A stretch of DNA of 64,000 bases from a virus. The notes beneath the pieces are model-generated. The model did no database searches. It was not told the origin of the DNA and worked only from the letters and a program-made list of their open reading frames with translations. The stretch is from the IMG/VR virus record IMGVR_UViG_3300032323_002843, positions 1 through 64,000 of that record; one strand, given 5' to 3'. Shown piece after piece: positions 1 through 11,700 of this stretch (position 1 is the first letter of the stretch; every line of letters starts with the position of its first letter). The position numbers and the translations under genes were made by a program.

Positions 1-906
1 AGTTACACCTCCATAAGCATTTAGTGATCCACTTACTATTAAAGAACCTGTTACTAATTCTTGAGAAGAAGTAATGACTTGTACAACAAGTGTTTGTGCT
101 GTTAATGTTCCGGCTACAGTAAAGTTACCAGCATAAGATGCTGTTGCAGCGTATGAAGCTGACGTTGAACTTGATGCGTAAGAGGCGGAAACTGAGGCGC
201 TAGCATATGAAGCGGATATAGCGTTTGAAATTGAGCCTGAAAAGTATGAGGCTGTTACTGCGCTTAAAGCTAATGAAGCAGTAGCTACAGAACCTGTTGT
301 AATATCATCTATGAGTAGTGTTCCATTTTTATCTGGAAATTGGAAGCTTCTTACTGTGTTAAGGGTTAAATTACCAGCATGAAAAACAATTTGTTTATAG
401 TTGCCTCCTGTTTGTCCAAAGTTAAATCTTAAGTCGTAAATTCCACTAGCACCTATTGAAGTATACCCATCACCATAATAAAATAAAGAACCTGTAGGCT
501 GTCTGAAATTTAAACTATAGTTATTAGAACCACTACCTTCTAGAACAAGATGTCTTGTAAAAAATGTATTAGTGTTAAAGGTTTTAGCACCTTCTACTGT
601 TTGGCTACCTGAAATATATACAATTCCAGCTACATACGAAGCGGATGTTGCATTTGCTGCTACTAAAGAGTAAGAGGATGTTGTTGCATTGTTTGCGGTT
701 CCTGCATTTAAAGCATATGAGGCAGAAACGGTAGAGCCACCTGATCCACTTCCAATTTCAACAATGGATTGGATGCTGCCTACTTGTTTTTTCATGTAGG
801 CCTTACCATCATAGGTATTAAGTGCTATTTCACCTAACTCTAATGAAGAGATAGTAGGAATTTTTCCAGGAACGCTACTGCGTTTGAGTTTAATATCAAC
901 TGCCAT
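1..906 (-). CDS. Tail fibre-like structural protein, 5' part (runs off window edge)
   Basis: Not in the ORF track. ATG at 906 reads MAVDIKLKRSSVPGKIPTISSLELGEIALNTYDGKAYMKK, a typical fibre N-terminal (Mtd_N-like) motif, followed by SASYA repeats. The frame appears open to position 1. Confidence 0.8.
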   Translation of the reverse strand, partial: MAVDIKLKRSSVPGKIPTISSLELGEIALNTYDGKAYMKKQVGSIQSIVEIGSGSGGSTVSASYALNAGTANNATTSSYSLVAANATSASYVAGIVYISGSQTVEGAKTFNTNTFFTRHLVLEGSGSNNYSLNFRQPTGSLFYYGDGYTSIGASGIYDLRFNFGQTGGNYKQIVFHAGNLTLNTVRSFQFPDKNGTLLIDDITTGSVATASLALSAVTASYFSGSISNAISASYASASVSASYASSSTSASYAATASYAGNFTVAGTLTAQTLVVQVITSSQELVTGSLIVSGSLNAYGGVT

Positions 907-987
907 ATTTATGTTACCCTTTTAACGAGCATGTGCTCAGGTTCTGCGGCTTATGTAAGCCGAGAATAAATATAGAGATGTATTAGC

Positions 988-1173
988 TTATATATCGGCT
1001 AATGGAGCTGCTTTATATTGGCGTCCAGTTGGATCCGCTGCTTGTAGTTCAGCGGCCTTATCAGCTGCTTCCTGTTCCGTATCGTAGATATATTCTGGGT
1101 CAGTTGGGTTGATTTTAGCGACCCATATCTGGGAATTTCCTGCGATAAATTCCATTAATACTATGTATTGCAT
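988..1173 (-). CDS. Small hypothetical protein (possible fibre accessory)
   Basis: 61-aa ORF whose start overlaps the upstream stop; lies in the fibre cluster. Confidence 0.6.
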   Translation of the reverse strand: MQYIVLMEFIAGNSQIWVAKINPTDPEYIYDTEQEAADKAAELQAADPTGRQYKAAPLADI

Positions 1174-1868
1174 TATTGTTTGTTTTTACAGTTATTAAGA
1201 TGCCATCTTGCTATACTACTAGGTGTACTAACAGCATTGCAGTGAGGGCATGTTACTTTAGGCATATTTAATGCTGCCTCTCGCATTTTTTGTTTTGTTT
1301 CTTCTTTATGATGTTTTCCAAACAGAAAGTGTTTTTCTCCTATCATAGAATCACTTATTTTTCTTTTTTGTTCTTCCGTATGTTTACATCCTAAATAATT
1401 TGGCTTTCTACCTTTTAAAGCTTCACTTATTTTTCGTTTTGCTTCTTCTGATTTAGGTTTACCTTTATTAGTATACCCAAAATTTTTATTATTTTGTTTT
1501 TGCTCTTCAGACATTTTTCTACCTTTAGACCACGTATTTAATCCTTTATGGGATTCACTCATTTTTCTTCTTGTCTTCTCACTAGCTTTAAGACCTAATC
1601 TTCCATCACCACCTTCAGTTAAATTAACTAATGTGCCTTCGTTAAATGCTTTACGGCCGTACTGTTTAATTAATTTCTGTTCTATCTCACATGCTTCTTC
1701 CCAAGATATATTTTCGTAAAGCACTTCTACTTCTAAACCATACTTGTCAACAGCATATTTCCATATTGGGGATCTTCTGTCTGTAGTGTATGCTCGTTTT
1801 TTATGTCTGCCTATTCCAATATAAAATACAGTTCCATCTTCATGTAAATGTCTATATACTACTGCCAT
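1173..1868 (-). CDS. Free-standing GIY-YIG homing endonuclease with NUMOD3-like repeats
   Basis: N-terminal VYRH...FYIG and EQKLI...NLTEGGDG, repeated (H/S)xExxKxKIS basic motifs, and a C-terminal CPHC...RWH..NC. Confidence 0.8.
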   Translation of the reverse strand: MAVVYRHLHEDGTVFYIGIGRHKKRAYTTDRRSPIWKYAVDKYGLEVEVLYENISWEEACEIEQKLIKQYGRKAFNEGTLVNLTEGGDGRLGLKASEKTRRKMSESHKGLNTWSKGRKMSEEQKQNNKNFGYTNKGKPKSEEAKRKISEALKGRKPNYLGCKHTEEQKRKISDSMIGEKHFLFGKHHKEETKQKMREAALNMPKVTCPHCNAVSTPSSIARWHLNNCKNKQ

Positions 1869-1872
1869 GACA

Positions 1873-1880
1873 ATAAATAT
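1873..1880 (-). promoter_or_regulatory. Putative late promoter motif ATATTTAT
   Basis: Same octamer recurs before ~18 genes; here it lies 4 nt upstream of the endonuclease ATG. Confidence 0.6.
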
Positions 1881-1914
1881 ATAGAACTTACGTTCCCCGG
1901 CATAAATTGCATTA

Positions 1915-4900
1915 TTATTTATTTTTAAGTTCGTTAATTTCTGCTTTTAGTTCTTTAATTTCTTTGTTAAGTTCCTTTACAGAATTTACCAAAGCTGAAT
2001 AAATAGCGTCTTTTTCAAGTCCAAGGTATTCACCCGGTTTTACTGCATCAGGCATTACTTCTTGTACTTCTTGTGCTATGAATCCAAATTGCTTACCATT
2101 GGTTCCATCTTTCCAATCATATGAAACAGGGTTTAGTTTTAATACATCAGATAGACCATAGGTAAGTGGTATGATATTGGTTTTTAATCTACTATCTGAA
2201 GGGTTAGTATTAGTTAGGAATCCTGCATTTGAATAAACAGTTCCTGTACTTAATGCTCCAACATATACACTTCCAAATGCACCTATTCCATTTACATAGA
2301 ACTTAGCTCCTTGAGTAGTTGATGTTGCGTTTACTAATACATCTCCACCGGATGTTATGCGCATACGTTCGTTGTTAGCTGTATAAAACAGCATATTTGC
2401 CGCATTAGTTGTTGCTGAATCTCCAACTATTGTACAGTTACCTTCTCCTAATAATACTCCTTGATTTGCTCCACTAAAAAAGCCATACCCGGTAACGTGT
2501 AACTTAAAACTTGGAGATGTAGTGCCTATACCTACGTTACCACCATATCTTTGAAGTGATAAAGGCATAGCATCTGTTCCTCTATTTAATGATTGAATAA
2601 AGGATACATTATTAGATTCATCAACACCTATATTTAGTAATCTACCATTTGCTCCACTTGTTGTTTTTACTATTAATTGTGCGTAAGTATCAATACTTGA
2701 AAATGTAGTTGTTCTATTTATTTCTAATAAAGTATTTGGGGATGTAGTACCTATACCTACGTTACCGCTTGTATTAACAGTTAAAACATCTGTACTTCCA
2801 TTAAATATTCTAAATATATTACCTGTATTATATAATTGGAAATCTGTTTGACTACTTCTTGAACCTACAACAATAGAACCAGCGGCTGATGGTTCTAATC
2901 TTAATTGTCCTGCTGAGGATAGATTTCCACTAAAGTATCCAGTGCCGACAACATCTAACCTGTATGCTGGTGATGTAGTACCTATACCAACATTACCTGT
3001 ATTATAATAAGCGTTAGCTCCACTTCTAGCAAAGACGTGGGATTTAGTATTACTTAGTGTTGCTGTTACACTTGCAAAAGCAGATGTTTCAAATCCTATA
3101 GACCAAGCCTCAGTTGCCCAAGCTGAAGTTTGTCCACCGAATCCTAAAGCAACTTCATCAATGAATACTTGAGGATAAGTCCAGGAAGATGCTAATTCAC
3201 CAATATAAACTACCATTCTAGATCCATTGTATCCAAAACGAACATTAGGATTTATATCGGTTGCTGCATCTCCTTCTACATATGCAAATGTATTATACCA
3301 AGAAGAATCTGGTTGGTAATTATACCCACCAAAATGAATTGTAAATGATCTATTTGTTGAATATTCATAAACTCTAGCTTTAACATGGTGCATTGTGTTG
3401 GTTAATCCAACAGGATAAGTAATTCTAATAGCGCCTGTTACAGTTGGTGTTGTAGTACTATATACACCACCTCTAGGTTTTACTAAACGAAATGGAGTAA
3501 CATCATCATTTATTGTATAGTCAGTAGCTATATTTCCAATTACATCTAATTTATATCCTGGGCTTGTAGTGCCTACACCTACATTACCATTACCATCCAT
3601 TGTTATACCACTTCCAATAGTACCAGCACCTGTTGTTACATAAAAAGTATTTGCAGCAGCTCCTGCACCTAAATTAGCATATCCTACATATCCACCATTA
3701 GATGAGTGTCCTATGTTTATTCTTGCATTAGTAGTTGTTGATGTAGCATTAATAACATCTGTTGAACCAATTACAAAAAGTTTAGCTGATGGCGATGTAG
3801 TGCCTATACCAACGTTACCACCTGCTCTAATAACCATATCAGCAGTAGAAGCAGATACAATAGTTCCTGCTGTAGTTGATCCTGCTGATTCGGCAAAGAA
3901 AGCAATTGTATTATCTCCTAAATCATAACCATTACCACCAAGTACAATTGCAGCACCTCTCATTGATGGATGATTATTAGTTGTAACTAACTGGTGGTTA
4001 GTATTTATAGTTAAGTTAGAACCAAATGTTAAATCACCGTGGTTATTACTTGTTATAGTAGAATAAAATCCTGTAAAGCTATCTAAATAGTTTCCTATTG
4101 CAACTGGTTCACTTCCTCCTCCAATTCTAGCTGCTCCTCTTACATCTAATTTAGTTGATGGGGATGTAGTGCCTATACCAACATTACCACTACCATTAAT
4201 GATCATTTCTACATCACCACCAGCATTTCTAAAATTCATCACATCACCTGCGTTTAATTTCCTAATGCTGTTATTAGTCCAATGAGTATCAGCTATCATT
4301 CCTACAGCATATGCATTACCATTAACATGAAGAAGATAAGAAGGAGATGAAGTGCCTATACCAACACTACCTGCTCCATTAATTCTCATTCTTTCAGTAG
4401 GAGCATTAGCTGAACCAGTAGTGCTGAATGTTATTACACCTTGTGTTACACCAATAGATGCAACAGCATATAGTGCACTATCGGCTGCTGAACCATTCCA
4501 GTTAAAAGACCATATTGAAGTATCACCTGATGTAGGGACATGCCATCTATGTCTTGCATTATTCCATCCTGAAGGGGTTAATGAGACACCAAAAGTTGTT
4601 GCTGTTGCACCTGCTAATCCTAATAAAGTACCGGGGGATGTAGTACCTATACCAACATTACAACCTTGAAAGTAGCTTGCTGCTCCATTATATCCTAGCG
4701 TTAGTACATCTCTAACAGCATCATTAAATGCTAAATGATGAGTAGTATTAGATACTATATATGATTTCCATTGAACTACATCATTGTTTAAGTATATATT
4801 TGGTACTGTAGAATTTATAATTCTTATACCACTACCTCTTACATCTAATGTAACAGTTGGTGCTACAGTGCCTATACCAACATTACCATCAGTAGTAATG

Positions 4901-7900
4901 CGCATTCTTTCAGAAGCAGCCATTGAATACGTAGCACCCCCTGCAAGTATACTTCCACTTGTATGGAAAGTAATTCCATCACTATAATACATTTTAATCA
5001 TAGATGAAATCCATCCACTATTAACAACATCAACTTGGTTATTAACTGAATTGCTTGCTCTTACGTTATGACCAAGAATGGTCATTTGTCCTGAAAGGGT
5101 TTGGCTTAAAAATCCATAACTGGAGACATTTAATCCTTGCGGACCAGTAGCTAAGGATGTTGCAGAAACAACACCAATAACTTCTAATTTATTGCTTGGC
5201 GATGTAGTACCTATACCAATGTTGCCTCCAGTTAATATTGTAAATCTAGATCCAATTCCTGATTCTATTATCCCAAAAGCTCCAGCTGGTACGTTACTAG
5301 CACCTGTTGGGGATTCTATTTGCCATTGTGAAGTGGAATTAGTTAATAATATTTGGGCTCTAGAAGTACCTGTTACTCTAAAACCAGCATCTGAACCTAA
5401 AACATGTAAAGTATTTAGTGGGTTTGTGGTTCCTATACCAACCAATCCACTAGCACTAACATATAACGCATTTACTGCAGATGCTCCATCTACTTCAAAA
5501 ACACCTCCGACTGTGCCTGAAACATGGAGACGAGTTGTTGGAGTTGTAGTGCCTATACCAACGTTACCTCCACGCGCATTTAATAGTAGATTATTATACG
5601 AAGTACCATTTACCATGGCTTGAATAAACCCTACATCAGTTGCAGTATTGAATCCAAAACTTAAAAGTTTATTTGTATTGGTAGCTCCTTGTAGAGTAAA
5701 TTGACCAAATGAACCAAACTCTGCAGTTGTTGTAGCGTCTTGTACAACAGACAATCTAGCAGGAGGATTTGTAGTGCCTATACCAACATTACCACCAGCA
5801 GTGATGCGCATAGTTTCACTTGATGTACTTCCTGCTGGGTATATTGCCAGGTATGCACTGGATCCGGATGCACCAACAATAGTTGGGACTCCAGCTCCAT
5901 ATGTATTTCCCCAACTAAGATTATATGTATTTCTTATAACTATACTTCCAAAAACATCTAGTGTATCTTTTGGCGATGTAGTGCCTATACCTACGTTACC
6001 GTTTGGAAATATAACCCTACCTTGATTAGCAGCATTATTAACAGCAAGTTGCATCATAGGTAACGCATCTATTTCAATTTCTAAACTTTTACCATTAGTA
6101 AAAAATGTATTTGAATAGTTTTGATAAAAATTTGTTGCTCCATAATCAAATTTAGATAAATTTAAAAGTAAATCTTTTGTAGCTGATTGTAATCCTCTAA
6201 TTTCTAATTTACCTGTTGGACTTGTAGTACCTATACCTACGTTACCTCCATCTAATATAGTCATTGATGTATCAAACGTACCACCACCACTCCATGAACT
6301 ACCACCACCAAAAAACAAGGTACCATTTGCCGCATATATTACAGCAGGGTTATTTGCTCCACCACTGTCTTGATTACCTAATAAAATAGCTGATGCTCCT
6401 GATGTACCTGTAACAGATACGCGAGCTGAATTTGCAAATACTTCTAAATGTTCTGTAGGGGATGTAGTACCTATACCTACGTTACCAAGTGCGGTAATTG
6501 TCATTCTAGTACTTTGTGTAGTAGTACCTGAAGCAGTTCTAAGTTTTATTTCTCCATTGTTTCCTGAAAATATATTTGTACTGAAATTTCCACTATCGTA
6601 TTGTGTCATATTAATACCATAGAAATCTCCTGTACTTGAATATAAATGAAAAGATTTTCCTGTAACATTCCCAAAATCTAAAGCAACTACAGGACTTGTA
6701 GTTCCAATCCCCACATTCCCCCCACTTGTTATGCGCATACGTTCGGCATTGTTAGTGTAGAACTGCATAGCTAAAGCTGAAACCGTGTATATGTAAGGAC
6801 CAATATTATTAGTACCAAAGAATGAAGTTCCCGTTGTGTTTTGAGCAATAAAATAAGCATCTGCTGAACTATCTGTATTTTGTACTCTTATTGCATTTGC
6901 TCCTGCTTTAACTACATCTAATAAATGCGCAGGACTTGTAGTGCCTATACCAACATTACCTCCATCAAAATATGAAGATCCAGTACTTTGAAGTCTAAAT
7001 CCTATAGCATTTGAAAGACCACTTGGTTTATAACCAATAACTGTTCCTCCACCTCCACTATCATCTCTAGATAATACTAAGACTCTATTTTGATCATTAT
7101 TAGTATTAATTTTACTAATAATAACACCATTACCATTAGTAGCACCAATAGCAACATCACCTCCCCAATCATTAGTTAACGTACCTACAGTTAATAGATT
7201 ACCTGATGTGCCTCCTATTTGTAGTTTGCCTATTGGAGATGTAGTGCCTATACCAACATTAGCGGCAAAATAGGCTAAATTACTTTTAAAATAAGCCATA
7301 TTAGTACCATTACTATAAAAGTACATAATATCACTATCATCATATCCTCTTATATATGTGCCATTAGAATAGCTATAAGCTCCCCAAAATATAGATCCAC
7401 CATCTGTTAATTGTACATCACCGGATCCTTGTACAAATAATGATACTCCTGAACCGTTGGATACTCCGTTATTAACATAAAGATTTCCTGATATATGGAG
7501 TTTGTAGGAGGGTGATGTAGTGCCTATACCAACATTACCACCATTAAAGATAGACGCTCCTGACGAGCGTATAGCTATTGTAGTACTTCCTGCTGCTGTA
7601 CTAGCATATAAATCAGCATCTATTCCACCAGCAGCATAAGCATGTATATTACCAGCAACGTGGAATTTTTCATTTGGTGATGTAGTGCCTATACCAACAT
7701 TTCCCGAAGCATTTATGACATATCTATAAGTAGTTGCAGTTCTATCATAAAAATAAAATACACCATCATTTCCACCTATAAAATCATATTCTCTACCTGA
7801 ACCTCCTGTTGATTTGAATTTAATTCTAGCTTCAGAATCAATAGTATAAATTGATCCTCTTACATCTAATTTTTCTAATGGGGATGTAGTACCTATACCA

Positions 7901-8736
7901 ACATTACCACTAGTGTTTATAATCATTGTTTGAGTAGTACCTCTATAAAATGCTAAGTTACCTGTACTCCAAGTGTTTACTTCTGTTTGTCCTGAAGAAA
8001 CACTCATACCTCCTATAGAACTACCATCATCATAAACTTTAAATTTAACATTGCTACCTGCTGAGTTGCTAAATGTACCTCCTAAACTTAATGTTTCGGG
8101 AGTTGCAGTTGAGACAGATGCAAGGGTACCAATTTGAAGTCTAGAAACTGGTAATGTGGTGCCTATACCAACCAATCCACTTGCACTAACATATAATGCA
8201 TTTACAGCACCTGCTCCATCTACTTCAAAGACGCCGCCTGTGGTGCCTGAGACGTGGAGGCGTACTGTTGGTACTGTTGTACCTATACCTACGTTGCCTG
8301 ATGGATATGTAATAACTAATCTAGGAATAGTTCCTGCTTCTAATATTTGAAAATCATCATTAACAGATTGTAAATTGTAATAATAATTTGTAGCACTTTG
8401 TAATCTAATATATCTATTAGCGGTTCCTTGTAACATTATATTACCAGCCACATTCAAAGCTTCAACGGATGATCCCCCATTTACATTTACAGTACTGCTA
8501 AAAGCAGCACCTATACCATTTAATGATCCAGTTATACCTACACTACCAGTAAACTGATGTGTGTTTGAGGGTATACTACCAAATTTGGTAGATCCTGTAA
8601 TCCACGAAGTGGATGACGTTATAGTTTGAGCTACTAACGTTGTAGCTGTTATTGTACCTGTTACTGTTAAACTACCAGTAATAATACTGTTGTTTTGGGC
8701 TATTAGCCCGTTTCTAGCTATAAATTCGTATGGCAT
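1915..8736 (-). CDS. Long tail fibre with ~24 GNVGIGTTSP modules and C-terminal S74-type intramolecular chaperone
   Basis: Repeated GNVGIGTTxP; C-terminus SDSRLKTNI...LNPVSYDWK...GFIAQEV followed by a coiled coil. Confidence 0.9.
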   Translation of the reverse strand: MPYEFIARNGLIAQNNSIITGSLTVTGTITATTLVAQTITSSTSWITGSTKFGSIPSNTHQFTGSVGITGSLNGIGAAFSSTVNVNGGSSVEALNVAGNIMLQGTANRYIRLQSATNYYYNLQSVNDDFQILEAGTIPRLVITYPSGNVGIGTTVPTVRLHVSGTTGGVFEVDGAGAVNALYVSASGLVGIGTTLPVSRLQIGTLASVSTATPETLSLGGTFSNSAGSNVKFKVYDDGSSIGGMSVSSGQTEVNTWSTGNLAFYRGTTQTMIINTSGNVGIGTTSPLEKLDVRGSIYTIDSEARIKFKSTGGSGREYDFIGGNDGVFYFYDRTATTYRYVINASGNVGIGTTSPNEKFHVAGNIHAYAAGGIDADLYASTAAGSTTIAIRSSGASIFNGGNVGIGTTSPSYKLHISGNLYVNNGVSNGSGVSLFVQGSGDVQLTDGGSIFWGAYSYSNGTYIRGYDDSDIMYFYSNGTNMAYFKSNLAYFAANVGIGTTSPIGKLQIGGTSGNLLTVGTLTNDWGGDVAIGATNGNGVIISKINTNNDQNRVLVLSRDDSGGGGTVIGYKPSGLSNAIGFRLQSTGSSYFDGGNVGIGTTSPAHLLDVVKAGANAIRVQNTDSSADAYFIAQNTTGTSFFGTNNIGPYIYTVSALAMQFYTNNAERMRITSGGNVGIGTTSPVVALDFGNVTGKSFHLYSSTGDFYGINMTQYDSGNFSTNIFSGNNGEIKLRTASGTTTQSTRMTITALGNVGIGTTSPTEHLEVFANSARVSVTGTSGASAILLGNQDSGGANNPAVIYAANGTLFFGGGSSWSGGGTFDTSMTILDGGNVGIGTTSPTGKLEIRGLQSATKDLLLNLSKFDYGATNFYQNYSNTFFTNGKSLEIEIDALPMMQLAVNNAANQGRVIFPNGNVGIGTTSPKDTLDVFGSIVIRNTYNLSWGNTYGAGVPTIVGASGSSAYLAIYPAGSTSSETMRITAGGNVGIGTTNPPARLSVVQDATTTAEFGSFGQFTLQGATNTNKLLSFGFNTATDVGFIQAMVNGTSYNNLLLNARGGNVGIGTTTPTTRLHVSGTVGGVFEVDGASAVNALYVSASGLVGIGTTNPLNTLHVLGSDAGFRVTGTSRAQILLTNSTSQWQIESPTGASNVPAGAFGIIESGIGSRFTILTGGNIGIGTTSPSNKLEVIGVVSATSLATGPQGLNVSSYGFLSQTLSGQMTILGHNVRASNSVNNQVDVVNSGWISSMIKMYYSDGITFHTSGSILAGGATYSMAASERMRITTDGNVGIGTVAPTVTLDVRGSGIRIINSTVPNIYLNNDVVQWKSYIVSNTTHHLAFNDAVRDVLTLGYNGAASYFQGCNVGIGTTSPGTLLGLAGATATTFGVSLTPSGWNNARHRWHVPTSGDTSIWSFNWNGSAADSALYAVASIGVTQGVITFSTTGSANAPTERMRINGAGSVGIGTSSPSYLLHVNGNAYAVGMIADTHWTNNSIRKLNAGDVMNFRNAGGDVEMIINGSGNVGIGTTSPSTKLDVRGAARIGGGSEPVAIGNYLDSFTGFYSTITSNNHGDLTFGSNLTINTNHQLVTTNNHPSMRGAAIVLGGNGYDLGDNTIAFFAESAGSTTAGTIVSASTADMVIRAGGNVGIGTTSPSAKLFVIGSTDVINATSTTTNARINIGHSSNGGYVGYANLGAGAAANTFYVTTGAGTIGSGITMDGNGNVGVGTTSPGYKLDVIGNIATDYTINDDVTPFRLVKPRGGVYSTTTPTVTGAIRITYPVGLTNTMHHVKARVYEYSTNRSFTIHFGGYNYQPDSSWYNTFAYVEGDAATDINPNVRFGYNGSRMVVYIGELASSWTYPQVFIDEVALGFGGQTSAWATEAWSIGFETSAFASVTATLSNTKSHVFARSGANAYYNTGNVGIGTTSPAYRLDVVGTGYFSGNLSSAGQLRLEPSAAGSIVVGSRSSQTDFQLYNTGNIFRIFNGSTDVLTVNTSGNVGIGTTSPNTLLEINRTTTFSSIDTYAQLIVKTTSGANGRLLNIGVDESNNVSFIQSLNRGTDAMPLSLQRYGGNVGIGTTSPSFKLHVTGYGFFSGANQGVLLGEGNCTIVGDSATTNAANMLFYTANNERMRITSGGDVLVNATSTTQGAKFYVNGIGAFGSVYVGALSTGTVYSNAGFLTNTNPSDSRLKTNIIPLTYGLSDVLKLNPVSYDWKDGTNGKQFGFIAQEVQEVMPDAVKPGEYLGLEKDAIYSALVNSVKELNKEIKELKAEINELKNK

Positions 8737-11700
8737 AATTGTTCTACCCTAGTTCACTTTCCCTAAGGTGGGGTTTTCAATAAATATTAGACTGTGCGGT
8801 AAGTTGCCTTAATAGCCCATCCAGGAGCGGAAACTGATTGCACTAATGCATTAGCACCACTTAATGCAACACTCATTGTTAATGCAGCTGCAGTTGAACC
8901 AATGTCTGGGGAGCTGTATTCAGTGTACTGAACATTTCCACTTCTCCAGTTACCGATTAATGTTCCTGCGCGTTGGTTTGATCCACTGAAAGCAACGAAA
9001 TCGAAGAATACACCGTTGTATGATGATGTTGGGATTGTTGCTAGTGTTGTAGTGCCTGATACTGAGGAGCTGTAGGAATTATAGTTGGCGTTTAGGAGTT
9101 GAAAGTCGCCTTCTACGTCTAGTTTGGCGATTGGTGTTGTTGTGCCTATACCTACATTACCATTATTGGTAATACGCATGCGTTCAGCATTCCCACCTGC
9201 TGCAAAAATCAAATCTGATTCTGATCTTACGCCAAAGGTATTAATCCCACCACCACTAACTATACCATTCCCATTCCCTATATATCCAACTACTGTTGAT
9301 GTATTAACTTGATATGTTGTGTAAAAGGTAGATGCATCTGATGTTCTAATAATAGCAGCTTGTACGCCACCTAATACATCTAATCTTGCTTGTGGAGATG
9401 TAGTACCTATACCAACATTACCACCAGAGGTGATACGCATACGTTCAGTAGCGTTAGTATGAAATGTAACTCCTCCTCCTGAGGCTGCATACATTTCAAA
9501 TAAACTATTAGTATTATCCCACCATATTCCTCCTTTAGTAGCTCCAGAACTATTGTGATCAAAAGTTATTTGAGTGTACTGCTGGCCAGTATTGTTTAAA
9601 TATAATTGATTTCCATTTCCTGCTGTAACTCCTATACCATTAGAGCCAACAACTGTTAATTTATAGTTTGGTGATGTAGTACCTATACCAACATTACCAT
9701 CAGCATTAATAACTAATTCATAGCGAGAATCTGTTTGGTTTTGAATACCAAACCCACCATTACTTACTCCTATTAGTTGGCTTGTAAGAAGGTATGTTTT
9801 AGAACCAATACCAGCTGATGCCATTTTTATTGAGGTAGTGCCTGAAGATTGATATAAATCTAAAGTAGCACTTGGAGATGTAGTGCCTATACCAACACTA
9901 CCTCCAGAGGTGATACGCATACGTTCGGAGCCATTAACCCAAAAACGCATAAAATCAGCACTATTATCATAAGTAATTCTACCTATAACCTTGCTATCAG
10001 TATCCCCGAATAATATATTTGCTTCATTATTTGTATCCCCAACAATTGATATTCCACCACCAGATAGGGTTCTTACTTCTAATGCATAAGCAGGAACTGT
10101 AGTACCTATACCTAATCCTGTAGAGGTTAGGCGCATTCTTTCTGAGCCTGATGCAAAGAAAAACATCCTTGCATCACCCATATAAATGGACTCGTTAGAA
10201 CCTAAACTTGCTCCATTAAATATACCTGAATAATTTGAATCAGAGTATGTTGTTAATTTTGTGGCAGCACTACCAAAACGACCTGTACCATTAACATCAA
10301 GTGTTGTTGCTGGGGATGTAGTACCTATACCAACATTACCACCAGATGTGATGCGGAGGCGTTCGGTGTTGTTAGTTTGGAGTGCTAATGGATGATTAGT
10401 TGATGTTCCAAAATAACCTACTCCACCACCATTAATAATTTCAGTGTTTGTTGTTCCATCGAAAGAACTTATATATCCATTAACTTGGAATGTTCTTGTT
10501 GGAGATGTAGTGCCTATACCAATACTTCCGCTTCTACCAGATATTATTCCACCGCCGCTACCTAATTTAATAGAGGCTACTCCTTGATCTTGTTGACCAT
10601 AGATACCAATAGTGTTTGCTACGTTTATATCCCACAATTCAGCATCATCACCACCTCTAAAGTACATTGCACCATTTGCATTAGCATAAACGGCTCCTGT
10701 TGCTCTTATATCTCCAGTTACATCTAATTTATAGGCAGGGGAGATAGATCCTATACCAACATTAGTTCCATTATCAAAAATAGATCCTGTTGTTAATGAA
10801 GTTGATGAAGCCCATCTAGCTATGTAGTTTGTAGAGCCACCAGATACACTTCCTCCACCACTTCCAGCAACTGTGATTACATCACCACTAGAGTTAACTG
10901 CTAAGTAAGCAGTTGCTGTACCAGCAAATGATGCTGTAGAGGTGTATGCTGGAAGGAAGAATTGTCTTGTATGTAAATTGAATTGAGCTACTAATGCATC
11001 TGATGCTGTATTAGTACCTCTTAAAATTCTAAAATATGGATTAGCATCATTTTGAAATACATCAAGCATTGATGCTGATGTGTACGATGTGCCTGCTTGG
11101 AAGAATATTTGTCCTCCTTCTGTTGTACTTTTAGGACCTAAAAATAAATTACCTTCTGAAGATACTGATGTAGCACCTATAGATACAGTTCCATTGACGT
11201 GGAGAGTAGTTGCTGGAGATGTGGTGCCAATACCAACACTACCAGAAGGTGTTATTTGATAAGCATAACTACCATCTGTGTTGTTATATAATCCAAAATT
11301 TCCATTATTTAAAGAATATAAATGCCAATCTTTACCTGTTGTTGATGTTGTATTATTTATTCTAATACTAGAAAGTAAACCAGTACCTGTTGATCTAATA
11401 GAACCAACTACATCTAAAGCTACAGATGGAGAAGTAGTGCCTATACCAACACTTCCTGCGTTTACATCAAGGATAATATCTTTACCAGATAACATATTTC
11501 TTATAATAAGATCTCCTTGAACACCTCCTGATACTATTTCGCTTCCACCTTCATATCCTATATATCCACTTTCAATATTATTACCATCAAATCTAACTGC
11601 TGCCATTCTATTAGCAGCGTTAGATGATAATCTAACAAGGCTTCTATTGTTAGTATCATATCCAATATCTAATTTAAATCCTGGATTTGTAGTACCTATA

